Origin: an uncultured Clostridia bacterium
Lineage (GTDB): Bacteria > Bacillota > Clostridia > UBA1212 > SIG427
Length of the DNA: 64,000 bases
Assembly (NCBI GenBank): GCA_945965275.1
Contig: CAMFNB010000001.1
Span: 25,221 to 89,220, forward strand
Direction of reading: 5' to 3'
Shown here: one piece after another, positions 38,558 to 50,618 of the stretch
Layout of the letters: every line of letters starts with the position of its first letter
Numbering within the stretch: position 1 is the first letter of the stretch
Notes under the pieces: generated by a model
Told to the model about the DNA's origin: nothing
Seen by the model: the letters and a program-made list of their open reading frames with translations, nothing else
Database searches by the model: none
Translations under genes and position numbers: made by a program

Positions 38558-39475
38558 TTACCCTTTTATCTTACTTAACATATCAATAAGTCTTTCACGT
38601 TCATCTGCGGAATAGTACTCAATAACAATTTTACCCTTACCCTGGTTGTCTTCAAGCTTAACCTTTGTTCCGAGGGATTTCTTCAGGCTCTCCTGCACGG
38701 CTTTTACATCGCCTGCCTTGAAGAAATCATTATCAAACGGAATTGCTTTTGACTTTGAAGTCTTTTTATAATTGTACTTCTTAACAAGCATTTCTGTCTG
38801 ACGAACACTGAGTTGGTTCTTTATAACCTGCTTTGCACAGTCAATTCTGTCTTCTGACTTGGAAAGTCCGAGAATTGTACGTGCGTGGCCTGCTGAAAGC
38901 TCGCCTGAAACAAGATAGGCTCTGATTTCAGCTTCGCAGTTGAGAAGTCTCAGTGAGTTTGCAATTGCCGGACGGCTCTTCTTCATTCTTTCTGCCATCT
39001 CGTCCTGCGTGAGATTGAACTCCTTCATCAGGTTGTTATATGCCTCGGCTTCTTCGATAGGATTGAGATCTTCTCTCTGAATGTTCTCTATTATGGCAAG
39101 CTCCATAACCTCGCGGTTTGTTGCTTCTCTTTCAATTGCCGGTATTTTCTTAAGTCCCGCAACTCTTGCTGCTCTCCATCTTCTTTCGCCGGCAATGATT
39201 TTATATGTTTTGCCCTGTTTAGTGACAATAATAGGCTGAATTAATCCGTATTCTTTAATTGATTCAGCAAGCTCGTCTATCTTCTTTTTATCGAAGGTTT
39301 TTCTGGGCTGGTTGCTTGCAGGCTCAATCTCCGCAATGCTTATCTCTCTTACGCCCTTCTCCTTCTGTTCCTGGCTTATTTGGATTGCCGGTGCCTCTGA
39401 CGGTGCTGCCGCAGGCTTAATCAAGGCTCCGAGGCCTGATCCGAGGCCGCCGTTTCTCTTTGGTTTAGTAGCCAT
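38558..39475 (-). CDS. parB: chromosome partitioning protein ParB (Spo0J)
   Basis: GERRWRAA ParB box, HTH. Confidence 0.9.
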   Translation of the reverse strand: MATKPKRNGGLGSGLGALIKPAAAPSEAPAIQISQEQKEKGVREISIAEIEPASNQPRKTFDKKKIDELAESIKEYGLIQPIIVTKQGKTYKIIAGERRWRAARVAGLKKIPAIEREATNREVMELAIIENIQREDLNPIEEAEAYNNLMKEFNLTQDEMAERMKKSRPAIANSLRLLNCEAEIRAYLVSGELSAGHARTILGLSKSEDRIDCAKQVIKNQLSVRQTEMLVKKYNYKKTSKSKAIPFDNDFFKAGDVKAVQESLKKSLGTKVKLEDNQGKGKIVIEYYSADERERLIDMLSKIKG

Positions 39476-39519
39476 TATGCTCTCTCCTTGTTTGTTTTCT
39501 TCCTATATAAATAGCTCTT

Positions 39520-40290
39520 TTATTTAAGTGATGAAAGGAATTCGTCCGCAAGCTGGAGGTATGCCTCTGTTCCCTTTGATGACTGATCATATAAAAGAAT
39601 CGGTAACCCGTAACTGGGTGCCTCGCTGAGACGAATATTTCTCGGAATGATTGTTCTGTATACAAGCGGTCCGAAGTGTCTTCTTACTTCCTCAACAACC
39701 TCTATTGAAAGTCTTGTACGGATATCGAACATTGTCATTACAATGCCTTCTGTCTTAAGGCTTGGATTAAGGCCGGCATTCACAAGCTTTACTGTTTCCA
39801 CAAGCTGTGACACACCTTCTAATGCATAGAACTCGCATTGAATCGGTACAAGTACCGTATTTGCAGCTGTTAAAGCATTGAGTGTTATAAATCCAAGAGA
39901 CGGCGGACAGTCGATAAATATGAAATCATAGTTGTCCTTTATCTTTTCAATGGCGTCTTTAAGCTTGAATTCACGCCTTTCCTCGTTTACAAGTTCAACC
40001 TCTGCACCTGCAAGTGACATTCCGGACGGACAAAGAAACAGTGTCGGCTGCTTTGTTGCAACAGTAACATTATTAATATGCTCGCCGTTAATGAGAATAT
40101 CGTAAGATGAAAGCTGGGTTTCATTTTTATTGATACCCAGTCCTGTTGTGGCATTACCCTGAGGGTCCAAGTCAATAAGGAGAACTTTCTTTCCTCTGTA
40201 TGCTACGCATGAGCTTAAATTGATGGCTGTGGTCGTTTTTCCAACGCCGCCTTTTTGATTGGCAATAGCTATTACTTTGGCCATGTTCAT
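39520..40290 (-). CDS. parA: chromosome partitioning ATPase ParA (Soj)
   Basis: Deviant Walker A KGGVGKTT. Confidence 0.9.
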   Translation of the reverse strand: MNMAKVIAIANQKGGVGKTTTAINLSSCVAYRGKKVLLIDLDPQGNATTGLGINKNETQLSSYDILINGEHINNVTVATKQPTLFLCPSGMSLAGAEVELVNEERREFKLKDAIEKIKDNYDFIFIDCPPSLGFITLNALTAANTVLVPIQCEFYALEGVSQLVETVKLVNAGLNPSLKTEGIVMTMFDIRTRLSIEVVEEVRRHFGPLVYRTIIPRNIRLSEAPSYGLPILLYDQSSKGTEAYLQLADEFLSSLK

Positions 40291-40361
40291 AGCTTCCTTT
40301 CATTTTTCTTTTGTTCTGATGTTTGAATTATATCACAGCATATTTTTAAATACAATGAAAT

Positions 40362-40377
40362 TGTTTCACGTGAAACA
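40362..40377. promoter_or_regulatory. parS site (TGTTTCACGTGAAACA)
   Basis: Perfect 16-bp palindrome matching parS consensus. Confidence 0.85.
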
Positions 40378-40417
40378 TAACGATGTTTATCGACCGGATT
40401 ATTTGCTCTGTAAAAAT

Positions 40418-40433
40418 TGTTTCACGTGGAACA
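40418..40433. promoter_or_regulatory. parS-like site (TGTTTCACGTGGAACA, 1 mismatch)
   Basis: One mismatch to consensus. Confidence 0.6.
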
Positions 40434-40468
40434 TCAGGAACATTAAAAGAGCAGGGCAGTGTGGTTCT

Positions 40469-40484
40469 TGTTTCACGTGAAACA
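40469..40484. promoter_or_regulatory. parS site (TGTTTCACGTGAAACA)
   Basis: Perfect match. Confidence 0.85.
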
Positions 40485-40508
40485 TTTTGAACGCAAAACA
40501 AAAGGGAT

Positions 40509-40524
40509 TGTTTCACGTGAAACA
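40509..40524. promoter_or_regulatory. parS site within extended 26-bp palindrome gggattgtttcacgtgaaacaatccc
   Basis: Perfect match. Confidence 0.85.
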
Positions 40525-40553
40525 ATCCCGTCATCAATATTCGTTATTACTGA

Positions 40554-42787
<2,234 letters not shown>

Positions 42788-42828
42788 CTTTGCCTAAAAA
42801 TACACAATATATTGTAACATGTTTGGGA

Positions 42829-43914
42829 TTAAAATACAATATTTTCTTCCTTTATAAAAAAGGACTTCTCTCCGGCAGGAGATGTATTTTGAATATTTTC
42901 CGGATTGGTGCATGTTATAAACACCTGAGAATCCGTGATTTTACCGAGAAGAAGCTTTTGGCGTGTGTCATCAAGCTCAGAAAGAACGTCGTCAAGCAAC
43001 AGAACAGGGGTTTTTCCGGTAACATCGCGAAGAACAGTCAGCTCTGAGAGCTTCATGGCAATAATCAAGGTGCGCTGCTGTCCCTGTGAACCGTATTTTT
43101 TTATATCACCGGTACCCTCTAAAATAACATCAATGTCATCACGCTGAGGACCCACTAAAGACATATGTCTCTCAACCTCATGTGTTTTTTCTTTTTCAAG
43201 CTTTTCATAAAAAGCAGCTTTGTCAGAATCACATGAAGATATGTATTTTATTTTTACTTTCTCTTTTCCGCCTGAAATATATGAATGGAAGTCTGAAACA
43301 AGGGGAGTGAGTTTTTCGAAATATTCCTTCCTTGCTTCGACGATTTTTGCGCCATATTCGGACAATTGCTCATTCCAAATATCCAAAAGGGTATAGTCTG
43401 CGTTTTTCGGATTAATTTCCTTTAAAAAGGCATTTTTTTGATTAATTATTTTATTGTATTGCTGAAGATTGAAATAATATACCGGTTTCAGCTGAGAAAT
43501 TGCCATATCCATGAACTTTCTGCGTTCGCCGGGGCCCTGAGAGAGAAGGGACATATTTTGAGGAGAGAATATTACTCCCGGTAAAATACCCATTAGATCT
43601 CCCATTTTAGTAAGATAAATACCACTGATTGAAATGGTCTTTTTCTTGTTTTTATTGTATGTTATCTTAATTTCATTTTCTGCTTCAGTATCTGTAAAAA
43701 CCGTTACTTCATAAGAATCGCAGCCGTCTTTAATCATTTCAATGTCTTTGTTTGTTCTGAAGGATTTTCCTATAGACGAAAGAAACAACGCCTCAAGGAC
43801 ATTTGTCTTTCCCTGGCCGTTGTCTCCGTAAAATATATTTACACCGTTTGAAAATTCAAATTCTCTTTCCGTGTAATTTCTGAAATTTTTAAGTTTTATC
43901 TTTTTAACGTACAT
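42829..43914 (-). CDS. recF: DNA replication/repair protein RecF
   Basis: Walker A GDNGQGKTN, typical N-terminus. Confidence 0.95.
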   Translation of the reverse strand: MYVKKIKLKNFRNYTEREFEFSNGVNIFYGDNGQGKTNVLEALFLSSIGKSFRTNKDIEMIKDGCDSYEVTVFTDTEAENEIKITYNKNKKKTISISGIYLTKMGDLMGILPGVIFSPQNMSLLSQGPGERRKFMDMAISQLKPVYYFNLQQYNKIINQKNAFLKEINPKNADYTLLDIWNEQLSEYGAKIVEARKEYFEKLTPLVSDFHSYISGGKEKVKIKYISSCDSDKAAFYEKLEKEKTHEVERHMSLVGPQRDDIDVILEGTGDIKKYGSQGQQRTLIIAMKLSELTVLRDVTGKTPVLLLDDVLSELDDTRQKLLLGKITDSQVFITCTNPENIQNTSPAGEKSFFIKEENIVF

Positions 43915-45011
43915 TATCTCTTTGTGAGAACAGGCATTACCATGTATGTAAAGTCATCCTCGTTTTCGATACTCTTTATTACACAGGGACCCTGGTTTGT
44001 TGTGAACTTAATTGCAATTTCATCATCTTCAATTGCACGAAGTGCTTCAAGAAGGTTTCTTGAGTTGAAGCCGAGCTTAATGTCATCACCTTTAAATCCG
44101 GCACGAACAACTTCCTTATTTTCGCCACGTTCTGCATTTGCGCTGATTTCTATCTCATTTCCGCTGATTTCCATAATAAGCGGAACTTTTCTTTCATCAG
44201 TCATGACAAGAGTGGCTCTTTCGATGGCTGACATGAATTCTTTTGTCTTAACCGTAACTTCTGTGTTGAACTCTCTCGGAATCATTGTTCTGTACTTGAG
44301 ATATTCGCCTTTAAGAAGTCTTGAAACCATCATAAATGATTTGTTTTGGAACATAATCATGTTTTCATTGAGTGATATGATTATTTCTTCATTTTCATCG
44401 TTAATGAATTTTGCTACTTCTTCAAGAATTCTTGAAGGAATTACAACTGAAATCGGATTTTCCTGTCTGTCAATGCTCTTAACAGCCATCTTATAACCGT
44501 CAATTGCAACAAAATTAATTTCATTTCCGGTAATTTCCATGAATTCACCCTTTAAAATAGGTCTCATGTCTTCTTTACTTACCGCAAAAATTGTCTTTTT
44601 AATAAGATCCTTTAATTCTTTTCCCGGAAGTCTGTATGTTGAAGTTCCGACGATCGGATTTACCTTCGGATAACCTTCAGCATCCATTGTCTTAAGTTTG
44701 AATACTGATGCACCTGAATTAACTTCCAGAAGACCGTCATTTAATGTTCTGATTGTTACATATAAGTCAGGAAGCTTTCTGATAATATCACCAAAAGTTT
44801 TTGAATTTACAACAATGCTGCCTGCTTCTTCAATAATTGAAGGAACTTCATATACAATACCAAGCTCAGTGTCATTGCCGGTAAGCTTAAGTTCTTCACC
44901 TACTTCAAGTAAAATACCTTCGAGTGCAGGTATTGTTGACTTGTTTGCAACAGCTTTTTGAACAATGTTGATACCCTCTATTAAATTGTCCTTGTTACAT
45001 GTAAATTCCAT
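43914..45011 (-). CDS. dnaN: DNA polymerase III beta sliding clamp
   Basis: 365 aa, typical N-terminus. Confidence 0.95.
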   Translation of the reverse strand: MEFTCNKDNLIEGINIVQKAVANKSTIPALEGILLEVGEELKLTGNDTELGIVYEVPSIIEEAGSIVVNSKTFGDIIRKLPDLYVTIRTLNDGLLEVNSGASVFKLKTMDAEGYPKVNPIVGTSTYRLPGKELKDLIKKTIFAVSKEDMRPILKGEFMEITGNEINFVAIDGYKMAVKSIDRQENPISVVIPSRILEEVAKFINDENEEIIISLNENMIMFQNKSFMMVSRLLKGEYLKYRTMIPREFNTEVTVKTKEFMSAIERATLVMTDERKVPLIMEISGNEIEISANAERGENKEVVRAGFKGDDIKLGFNSRNLLEALRAIEDDEIAIKFTTNQGPCVIKSIENEDDFTYMVMPVLTKR

Positions 45012-45164
45012 ATTCTCGGTCCTCCCGATATTATATTATTTATATTTTTATCTGTTGTAGTAGTTGTAGTAGTATTGTGAATTCTGTTCAAAAGTCGGAT
45101 AAATCCCAATAAATTCACATTTTACCTGTGTATAATTTGTTTAAATCCTTGTTTATAAATTATA

Positions 45165-45255
45165 TCACTTATCCACAAAATGCACAGGTAAAAGTTATGC
45201 ACATTTTTATCAACAGGTTATGCACAAGTTATCCACAGGTTTCTGTGCATAACTT
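45165..45255. promoter_or_regulatory. DnaA-box cluster (oriC element, incC-like) between dnaA and dnaN
   Basis: TTATCCACA at 45169-45177 and 45229-45237; TTATGCACA at 45195-45203 and 45218-45226; TGTGCATAA at 45244-45252. Confidence 0.7.
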
Positions 45256-45263
45256 TTTTTCAG

Positions 45264-46613
45264 TCAGGCACTTATAATAGTGTTTTTGAGTTCTTCAAGA
45301 GTACTTCTGAGCTCTGAATCAATAGAAGCTGTATCTGTAATCTTGTTTACTCCATGCATAATTGTTGTATGGTTCTTGCCTTTAAATACTTCGGCAATCT
45401 CAGGATATGAATAATCAGTGAGAATTCTGCAGAAATACATTGCAACCTGTCTTGGAAATACAATTTCCTTATTTCTCTTGCCTGATAATATATCATCAAC
45501 TGAGACATTATAGTACCTTGAAATTACATCAATGATGATTTTAGGAGTAACTTCCTGTGTATTGCTTTCCAGGTGTCTCAGCGCATCCTTTACAACATTA
45601 ATAGTCGGTCTTCCAGCAGAAGAATCAGAAACATCTGATTCCTGGTTTTTAAACATGAGTATGTAGTTAATGATACCTTCAAGCTCACGGACATTGCTGC
45701 CGGTATGTCTTGAAATGTATGAAAGAACTTCATCACTGAGTTCAACATCCTTTTCGGAGGACTTTTTGTTTAAAATTGCAATCTTTGTTTCAAAGTCAGG
45801 GGACTGAATGTCAACAATAAGTCCGCACTGGAATCTTGTTCTGATTCTTTCTTCGAGAATGCTTACTTCATTCGGCGGTCTGTCAGATGTAACGACAATC
45901 TGTTTTCCGAGCTCGTACAATGAATTAAATGTATAGAAGAATTCATTCTGAAGAGCTTCCTTGTTTGAAAGGAACTGAATGTCGTCCATTAAAAGAACAT
46001 CGACTTTTCTGTACTTGTTCTTAAATGCGTCCATCTTCTTGTTTTCAATAGCATTGATAAACTCAGTAATGAAAGTTTCTGATGAAACATAAAGAACTTT
46101 CTTTCCTGTAAAATTAGCAGCGATTTCATTGCCGATGGCATGAAGCATGTGAGTCTTTCCGAGACCTGAAGATCCGTAAATGAAAAGAGGGTTGAAAGAC
46201 TTGCCGGGCTTTGCTGCAACTGCTTTTGCGGCAGAGTATGCGAATCGGTTGCTGTCACCGACAACAAAAGAATCAAATGTGTACTTGTCACTCAAATATG
46301 AAGAGTAGGCAGGCTTTTCTCTTGTTTCTTTTACAGCAGGAACTTCCTTTGCTTTATATTCACCCGTAAGGTAAAAATGCAGACGGAATTCCATACCGGT
46401 AACGTCGATAATGGTTTTTCTGATAAGCGGATAATACTTGGATTCAATTGTGTCAATTAAGAACTTCTGAGGCACTTCGAAAACAACAGTATCAGCACTT
46501 ATATCAACGGGTTTGAGATCGCGAATATAAGTGTTGAAGAATGTCTCCTGGAGTTCCTTCCTCAGCGCAGTCAGACACTTATTCCATTGTATGTTAAAGT
46601 CTGAAATCAACAT
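45264..46613 (-). CDS. dnaA: chromosomal replication initiator DnaA
   Basis: AAA+ Walker A GSSGLGKTH, C-terminal DNA-binding domain. Confidence 0.97.
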   Translation of the reverse strand: MLISDFNIQWNKCLTALRKELQETFFNTYIRDLKPVDISADTVVFEVPQKFLIDTIESKYYPLIRKTIIDVTGMEFRLHFYLTGEYKAKEVPAVKETREKPAYSSYLSDKYTFDSFVVGDSNRFAYSAAKAVAAKPGKSFNPLFIYGSSGLGKTHMLHAIGNEIAANFTGKKVLYVSSETFITEFINAIENKKMDAFKNKYRKVDVLLMDDIQFLSNKEALQNEFFYTFNSLYELGKQIVVTSDRPPNEVSILEERIRTRFQCGLIVDIQSPDFETKIAILNKKSSEKDVELSDEVLSYISRHTGSNVRELEGIINYILMFKNQESDVSDSSAGRPTINVVKDALRHLESNTQEVTPKIIIDVISRYYNVSVDDILSGKRNKEIVFPRQVAMYFCRILTDYSYPEIAEVFKGKNHTTIMHGVNKITDTASIDSELRSTLEELKNTIISA

Positions 46614-46919
46614 TTATTTCTTCCTCCGAAAGGTTAAAAAGGCGCATAAAAATATCCCCCTTCACTCATGGGGATTTATCTTTAGTAGAATATCATATAT
46701 CAGATTTGTCTTTCGACACGGAATAATCATCAATGTGTTTGAATAATATAGCAAAAAGAAATCGGGGTTTCAAGTGCCGAAATATCGTAAAATTTTACAG
46801 AAAATGGTAAAAAAATTCATTTTTTCAAAACATTGTGTCCTGTAAAAAAACAAACTGCAACATCTTGTGGAACACCCTCAAAAAAATTTTTTTCGTAAAT
46901 TTTACACAGTTTTCTTTTA

Positions 46920-46947
46920 TTGACACGAAAAAATCCTTTGATATAAT
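46920..46947 (+). promoter_or_regulatory. sigma-A-type promoter for rpmH (TTGACA-16-TATAAT)
   Basis: -35 ttgaca 46920-46925, -10 tataat 46942-46947; AGGAGG RBS at 46971. Confidence 0.5.
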
Positions 46948-46985
46948 AACTCCGTATGATTATATTTTAAAGGAGGTTTGCCGAA

Positions 46986-47120
46986 ATGAAAATGACATTT
47001 CAGCCTAAGAAAAGGCACAGTAGCAAAGTTCACGGTTTCAGAGCCAGAATGAAGACTGCTAACGGCAGAAAAGTTCTTGCAAGAAGAAGAGCAAGAGGCA
47101 GAAAGGTTCTTTCAGCTTAA
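46986..47120 (+). CDS. rpmH: 50S ribosomal protein L34 (44 aa; below ORF-track size cutoff)
   Basis: Translation [44 protein letters not shown]. Confidence 0.85.
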   Translation: MKMTFQPKKRHSSKVHGFRARMKTANGRKVLARRRARGRKVLSA

Positions 47121-47164
47121 TTTAAAGTTTTATTGAAAGAACCTGATTGTCTTAATTTCAGTTT

Positions 47165-47551
47165 ATGAAAAAAACGTTTTCATTAAGAAACAATTACGAG
47201 TTTTCAAAAGTTTACAAAAGGGGAGAGTTCAAGGGCGGACAGTTCATTGTTGTTTATGCTTTAAAGAACAGAAACAGCAATATGCGCCTTGGAATAAGCG
47301 TCGGCAAGAAGGCCGGCAACAGTGTCCAGCGAAGCAGACTTACGAGACTTATCAGAGAAAGCTACAGATTGTTTGAGGATAATGTTCGCGAAGGATATGA
47401 CATTGTTGTATATGTAAAGCCTCTCAAAAGAGAAGCCGCAAGCACCAACCGAAAAATCAGAGCTGTTTCTCTTCCCGGATATTTCGAAATTGATGACGAA
47501 ATGAAAAGGCTTTTCAGTAAATTGAATCTTTTTAAGGAATCAGAAACGTGA
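47165..47551 (+). CDS. rnpA: RNase P protein component
   Basis: Conserved position and RnpA pattern. Confidence 0.9.
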   Translation: MKKTFSLRNNYEFSKVYKRGEFKGGQFIVVYALKNRNSNMRLGISVGKKAGNSVQRSRLTRLIRESYRLFEDNVREGYDIVVYVKPLKREAASTNRKIRAVSLPGYFEIDDEMKRLFSKLNLFKESET

Positions 47552-47757
47552 AAAAGGTATTAACCGGACTAATCAAGTTTTACCAAAAAAAGATATCGCC
47601 GCATTTAGGAGACAGATGCAAATTCTATCCCACATGTTCACAGTATGCACTCGAGGCAATCGGGAAATACGGGGCCTTAAAGGGCACAGGCATGGCAATA
47701 TGGAGAATACTCAGATGTAACCCTTTAAGTCGCGGGGGATACGATCCGGTTAAGTAA
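47548..47757 (+). CDS. yidD: membrane protein insertion efficiency factor YidD
   Basis: Conserved Cys motif FYPTCSQY. Confidence 0.9.
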   Translation: MKKVLTGLIKFYQKKISPHLGDRCKFYPTCSQYALEAIGKYGALKGTGMAIWRILRCNPLSRGGYDPVK

Positions 47758-47768
47758 GGAGATTTATT

Positions 47769-48602
47769 GTGGATATTATTGCACGCCCGTTTGGCGTATT
47801 GATGGAATTTATATACAATAACCTGGCATTCCAAAATTACGGTATTGCCATCATTATTTTTACCATCATTATGAAAATACTTCTTGTGCCGCTTCAGATT
47901 AAACAACAGCGAAGCACAATCAAGCAGCAGGAAATGCAGCCTGAGTTGGAAGAACTTAAAAGAACATATGCCAACGACAGAAATAAACTGGCAGAGGAGC
48001 AGCAGAAGCTTTATGCGAAATATAATGTAAGCATGACAGCCGGATGTCTTCCTATGCTTATCCAGTTCCCGCTCCTGATCGGTTTGTATGAGGTTATCAG
48101 AAGGCCTCTTACATATATCTCAGGTCTTTCTGCAGAAACAATTGCAAAGTTTGCTGAAAATGTTCCGGGTGCGGTCAGCGGAAATGTTGTGAATGAGCTT
48201 GTTGTAAACGGCGCACTCACAGCAAAAGACGGCGCAATAAATATGAATTTCCTTAAAGTATTTGATCTTGGCATTACACCGGACTGGAAGGTCTGGTCAT
48301 GGGGAGCAGACTGGAAAGTCTTTTTACCGTTGTTCTTTATCCCTGTACTTTCATTTGCATCAGCGATGCTTATGCAGTACGCAACTACATCCAAAATGCG
48401 TAAAGAACAGAAAGCCAGTGGTCAGAAGCAAGGCGGAACGGCTAACTTATTGTTAAAGCTCATGCCGCTCATGTCACTGTTTATCGCATTTGCAGTACCG
48501 GCCGGTCTCGGCTTCTATTGGACTATCAGTAATGTCCTCTCACTTGTCCAGACGGTCTTCATTAATAAAATTTTCGCAAAACAGAAAGAGAGATTACTCT
48601 AA
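47769..48602 (+). CDS. yidC: membrane protein insertase YidC/SpoIIIJ
   Basis: YidC/Oxa1 core TM pattern. Confidence 0.9.
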   Translation: MDIIARPFGVLMEFIYNNLAFQNYGIAIIIFTIIMKILLVPLQIKQQRSTIKQQEMQPELEELKRTYANDRNKLAEEQQKLYAKYNVSMTAGCLPMLIQFPLLIGLYEVIRRPLTYISGLSAETIAKFAENVPGAVSGNVVNELVVNGALTAKDGAINMNFLKVFDLGITPDWKVWSWGADWKVFLPLFFIPVLSFASAMLMQYATTSKMRKEQKASGQKQGGTANLLLKLMPLMSLFIAFAVPAGLGFYWTISNVLSLVQTVFINKIFAKQKERLL

Positions 48603-49225
48603 TGGCAGAATACGTAGAGAAAGAAGCCAAGTCAGTTGAAGAAGCTGTTCAGCTTGCTCTCGAGGAACTTCAGGCCGAGATGGAAGACGTTGAGGTTGAA
48701 GTTTTAGAGGAAGGCACTAAGGCAGTTATCGGTCTCTTCGGCGGAAAAGATGCTAAGGTACGTGTTACAAGAAAAGTATCTTCACTTGACGTGGTAAATG
48801 CATTCTTAACAAAGCTTACAGAGACTGCAGGAATCGACGCAACATTCCAGATGTCTGAAAAAGACGATGTAATCGACGTAAAAATCTTAGGTGATGACGT
48901 AGGCGCTTTAATCGGTCGCCACGGCGACACACTTACGGCTCTTCAGTATCTTGCTAACCTCATGGTTAACAGATCTAAAGAGAACCACTACAAGGTTTAC
49001 ATTGATATCGAAGATTACAAAGAAAATCGCAAAGCAAAGCTTGAATCAATTGCCAGACGCACAGCTGATAAGGTAATGAATTCAAAGAGAGCGATTTCCA
49101 TGGATCCCATGTCTGCATACGAGCGTAAAATCGTTCACTCAGCACTTCAGAGCTACACTCAGCTTGAGACAGTAAGCTACGGTGAGGAGCCCGGCAGATA
49201 CATTGTTATCAAATATAAGGGATAA
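48602..49225 (+). CDS. jag: RNA-binding protein Jag/KhpB (KH + R3H)
   Basis: Jag_N, KH and R3H patterns. Confidence 0.85.
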   Translation: MAEYVEKEAKSVEEAVQLALEELQAEMEDVEVEVLEEGTKAVIGLFGGKDAKVRVTRKVSSLDVVNAFLTKLTETAGIDATFQMSEKDDVIDVKILGDDVGALIGRHGDTLTALQYLANLMVNRSKENHYKVYIDIEDYKENRKAKLESIARRTADKVMNSKRAISMDPMSAYERKIVHSALQSYTQLETVSYGEEPGRYIVIKYKG

Positions 49226-49228
49226 TTC

Positions 49229-50617
49229 ATGAATACTTTGATCGAAGGAGATACGATTGCCGCAATATCCACCCCAATGGGAAGCGGAGGCATCGGAATA
49301 ATTCGAGTAAGCGGCCCTGAGGCTTTTGCAACAGCAAAAAAGCTCTTCAGGGCTTCTTTGCATACAAACGAAGTGGAGTCTTCTTTGATATTTGACGCAC
49401 TTCCGAGCCACAGTCTCCGTCACGGCTATGTTGTAAGCCACAAGACGGGTGAAACTCTTGATGAATGTCTTTTCGGTAAAATGGCTGCGCCCCGCACATA
49501 CACATGCGAGGATGTTGTGGAAATAAACTGCCACGGCGGAACGGCGGTCATGAAAAGCATTTTACAGGAATTGTTTTCCCTCGGAGTGAGACCTGCAAAG
49601 CCGGGAGAATTCACTAAGAGAGCTTTTTTAAACGGAAGAATCGACCTCGCTGAGGCGGAAGGTGTAATGGATACCATCAATGCCGAAACCGAGCAGTCCC
49701 ACAAGGCTGCCGCCGTTCAGCTTGACGGAAGATTTTCAAAAGAACTCAAAGATATGAGAACGAAGCTCACTGAAGCAATCGGTGAGATTGAGGTGGCGCT
49801 TGCATATCCTGAATATGAAATGGATGTGCCGGCCTTCGAGCATACGAAGGAGTCGCTGACGGAAATAATCGAAAAGCTTGAGGCTCTTTCAAAATCCTAC
49901 GGAAGAGGAAGACTTTTGAGAGACGGCCTTAAGGTTGTAATCGCCGGTAAGCCCAATGCCGGCAAATCTTCACTTTTGAACAGGCTTACAGGGTACGAAA
50001 GAGCAATTGTTACGGATATTCCGGGAACAACAAGAGACATAATAGAAGAATTCACGGAAATTGACGGATATCCCGTTATTTTTACCGACACGGCAGGTCT
50101 TCGTGAGAGCGAAGATAAAATCGAAATGATCGGTGTCGACAAAGCAAAGAAAAAAATCGCGGATGCTGACCTTGTTTTCTTTGTGGCGGACCCCTTTGAA
50201 AAAGAACCGCAGCAGCCTGAAACCAAAGACTGCATCGTGGTTATAAATAAAACAGACAAAGCCTCTCCGGAAAAGATTTCAGACTGTAAAAAATTCTTCG
50301 ACGGATGGGAAATTCTCGAAATCAGTGCAGCAAACGGAAACGGTGTGGATGCGCTGATTGACAAGATAAAAGAAAAGTTCGACAGCGGAAAGTCCGGAAA
50401 CGACATGCTGCTGACGAATGCAAGACACAAGGACTTAATCGACAAATCCAGAGAAGCACTTCAGCGCGGCATAGATGCCTGCGAGGCGGGAATGCCGCTT
50501 GACTGTATCACCTATGATATGTGGGAGAGCGCAGGATTCCTGGGAGAAATCGTCGGAGAATCGGTAACGGAAGAGGTTATCGACAGTATATTTGAAAGAT
50601 TTTGTTTGGGAAAATAA
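49229..50617 (+). CDS. mnmE: tRNA modification GTPase MnmE
   Basis: G-domain [13 protein letters not shown]-terminal CLGK. Confidence 0.95.
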   Translation: MNTLIEGDTIAAISTPMGSGGIGIIRVSGPEAFATAKKLFRASLHTNEVESSLIFDALPSHSLRHGYVVSHKTGETLDECLFGKMAAPRTYTCEDVVEINCHGGTAVMKSILQELFSLGVRPAKPGEFTKRAFLNGRIDLAEAEGVMDTINAETEQSHKAAAVQLDGRFSKELKDMRTKLTEAIGEIEVALAYPEYEMDVPAFEHTKESLTEIIEKLEALSKSYGRGRLLRDGLKVVIAGKPNAGKSSLLNRLTGYERAIVTDIPGTTRDIIEEFTEIDGYPVIFTDTAGLRESEDKIEMIGVDKAKKKIADADLVFFVADPFEKEPQQPETKDCIVVINKTDKASPEKISDCKKFFDGWEILEISAANGNGVDALIDKIKEKFDSGKSGNDMLLTNARHKDLIDKSREALQRGIDACEAGMPLDCITYDMWESAGFLGEIVGESVTEEVIDSIFERFCLGK

Positions 50618-50618
50618 A

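Noticed and set aside
46614-46985. Strong DnaA-box cluster upstream of dnaA
   Set aside because: Only weak matches (e.g. tgtggaaca, 2 mismatches) found by eye; the convincing cluster is in the dnaA-dnaN spacer instead
50592-50618. ORF-track start of mnmG at 50592 overlapping mnmE
   Set aside because: Non-ATG start upstream of a canonical ATG (50619) that begins the conserved [21 protein letters not shown]-terminus directly after the mnmE stop
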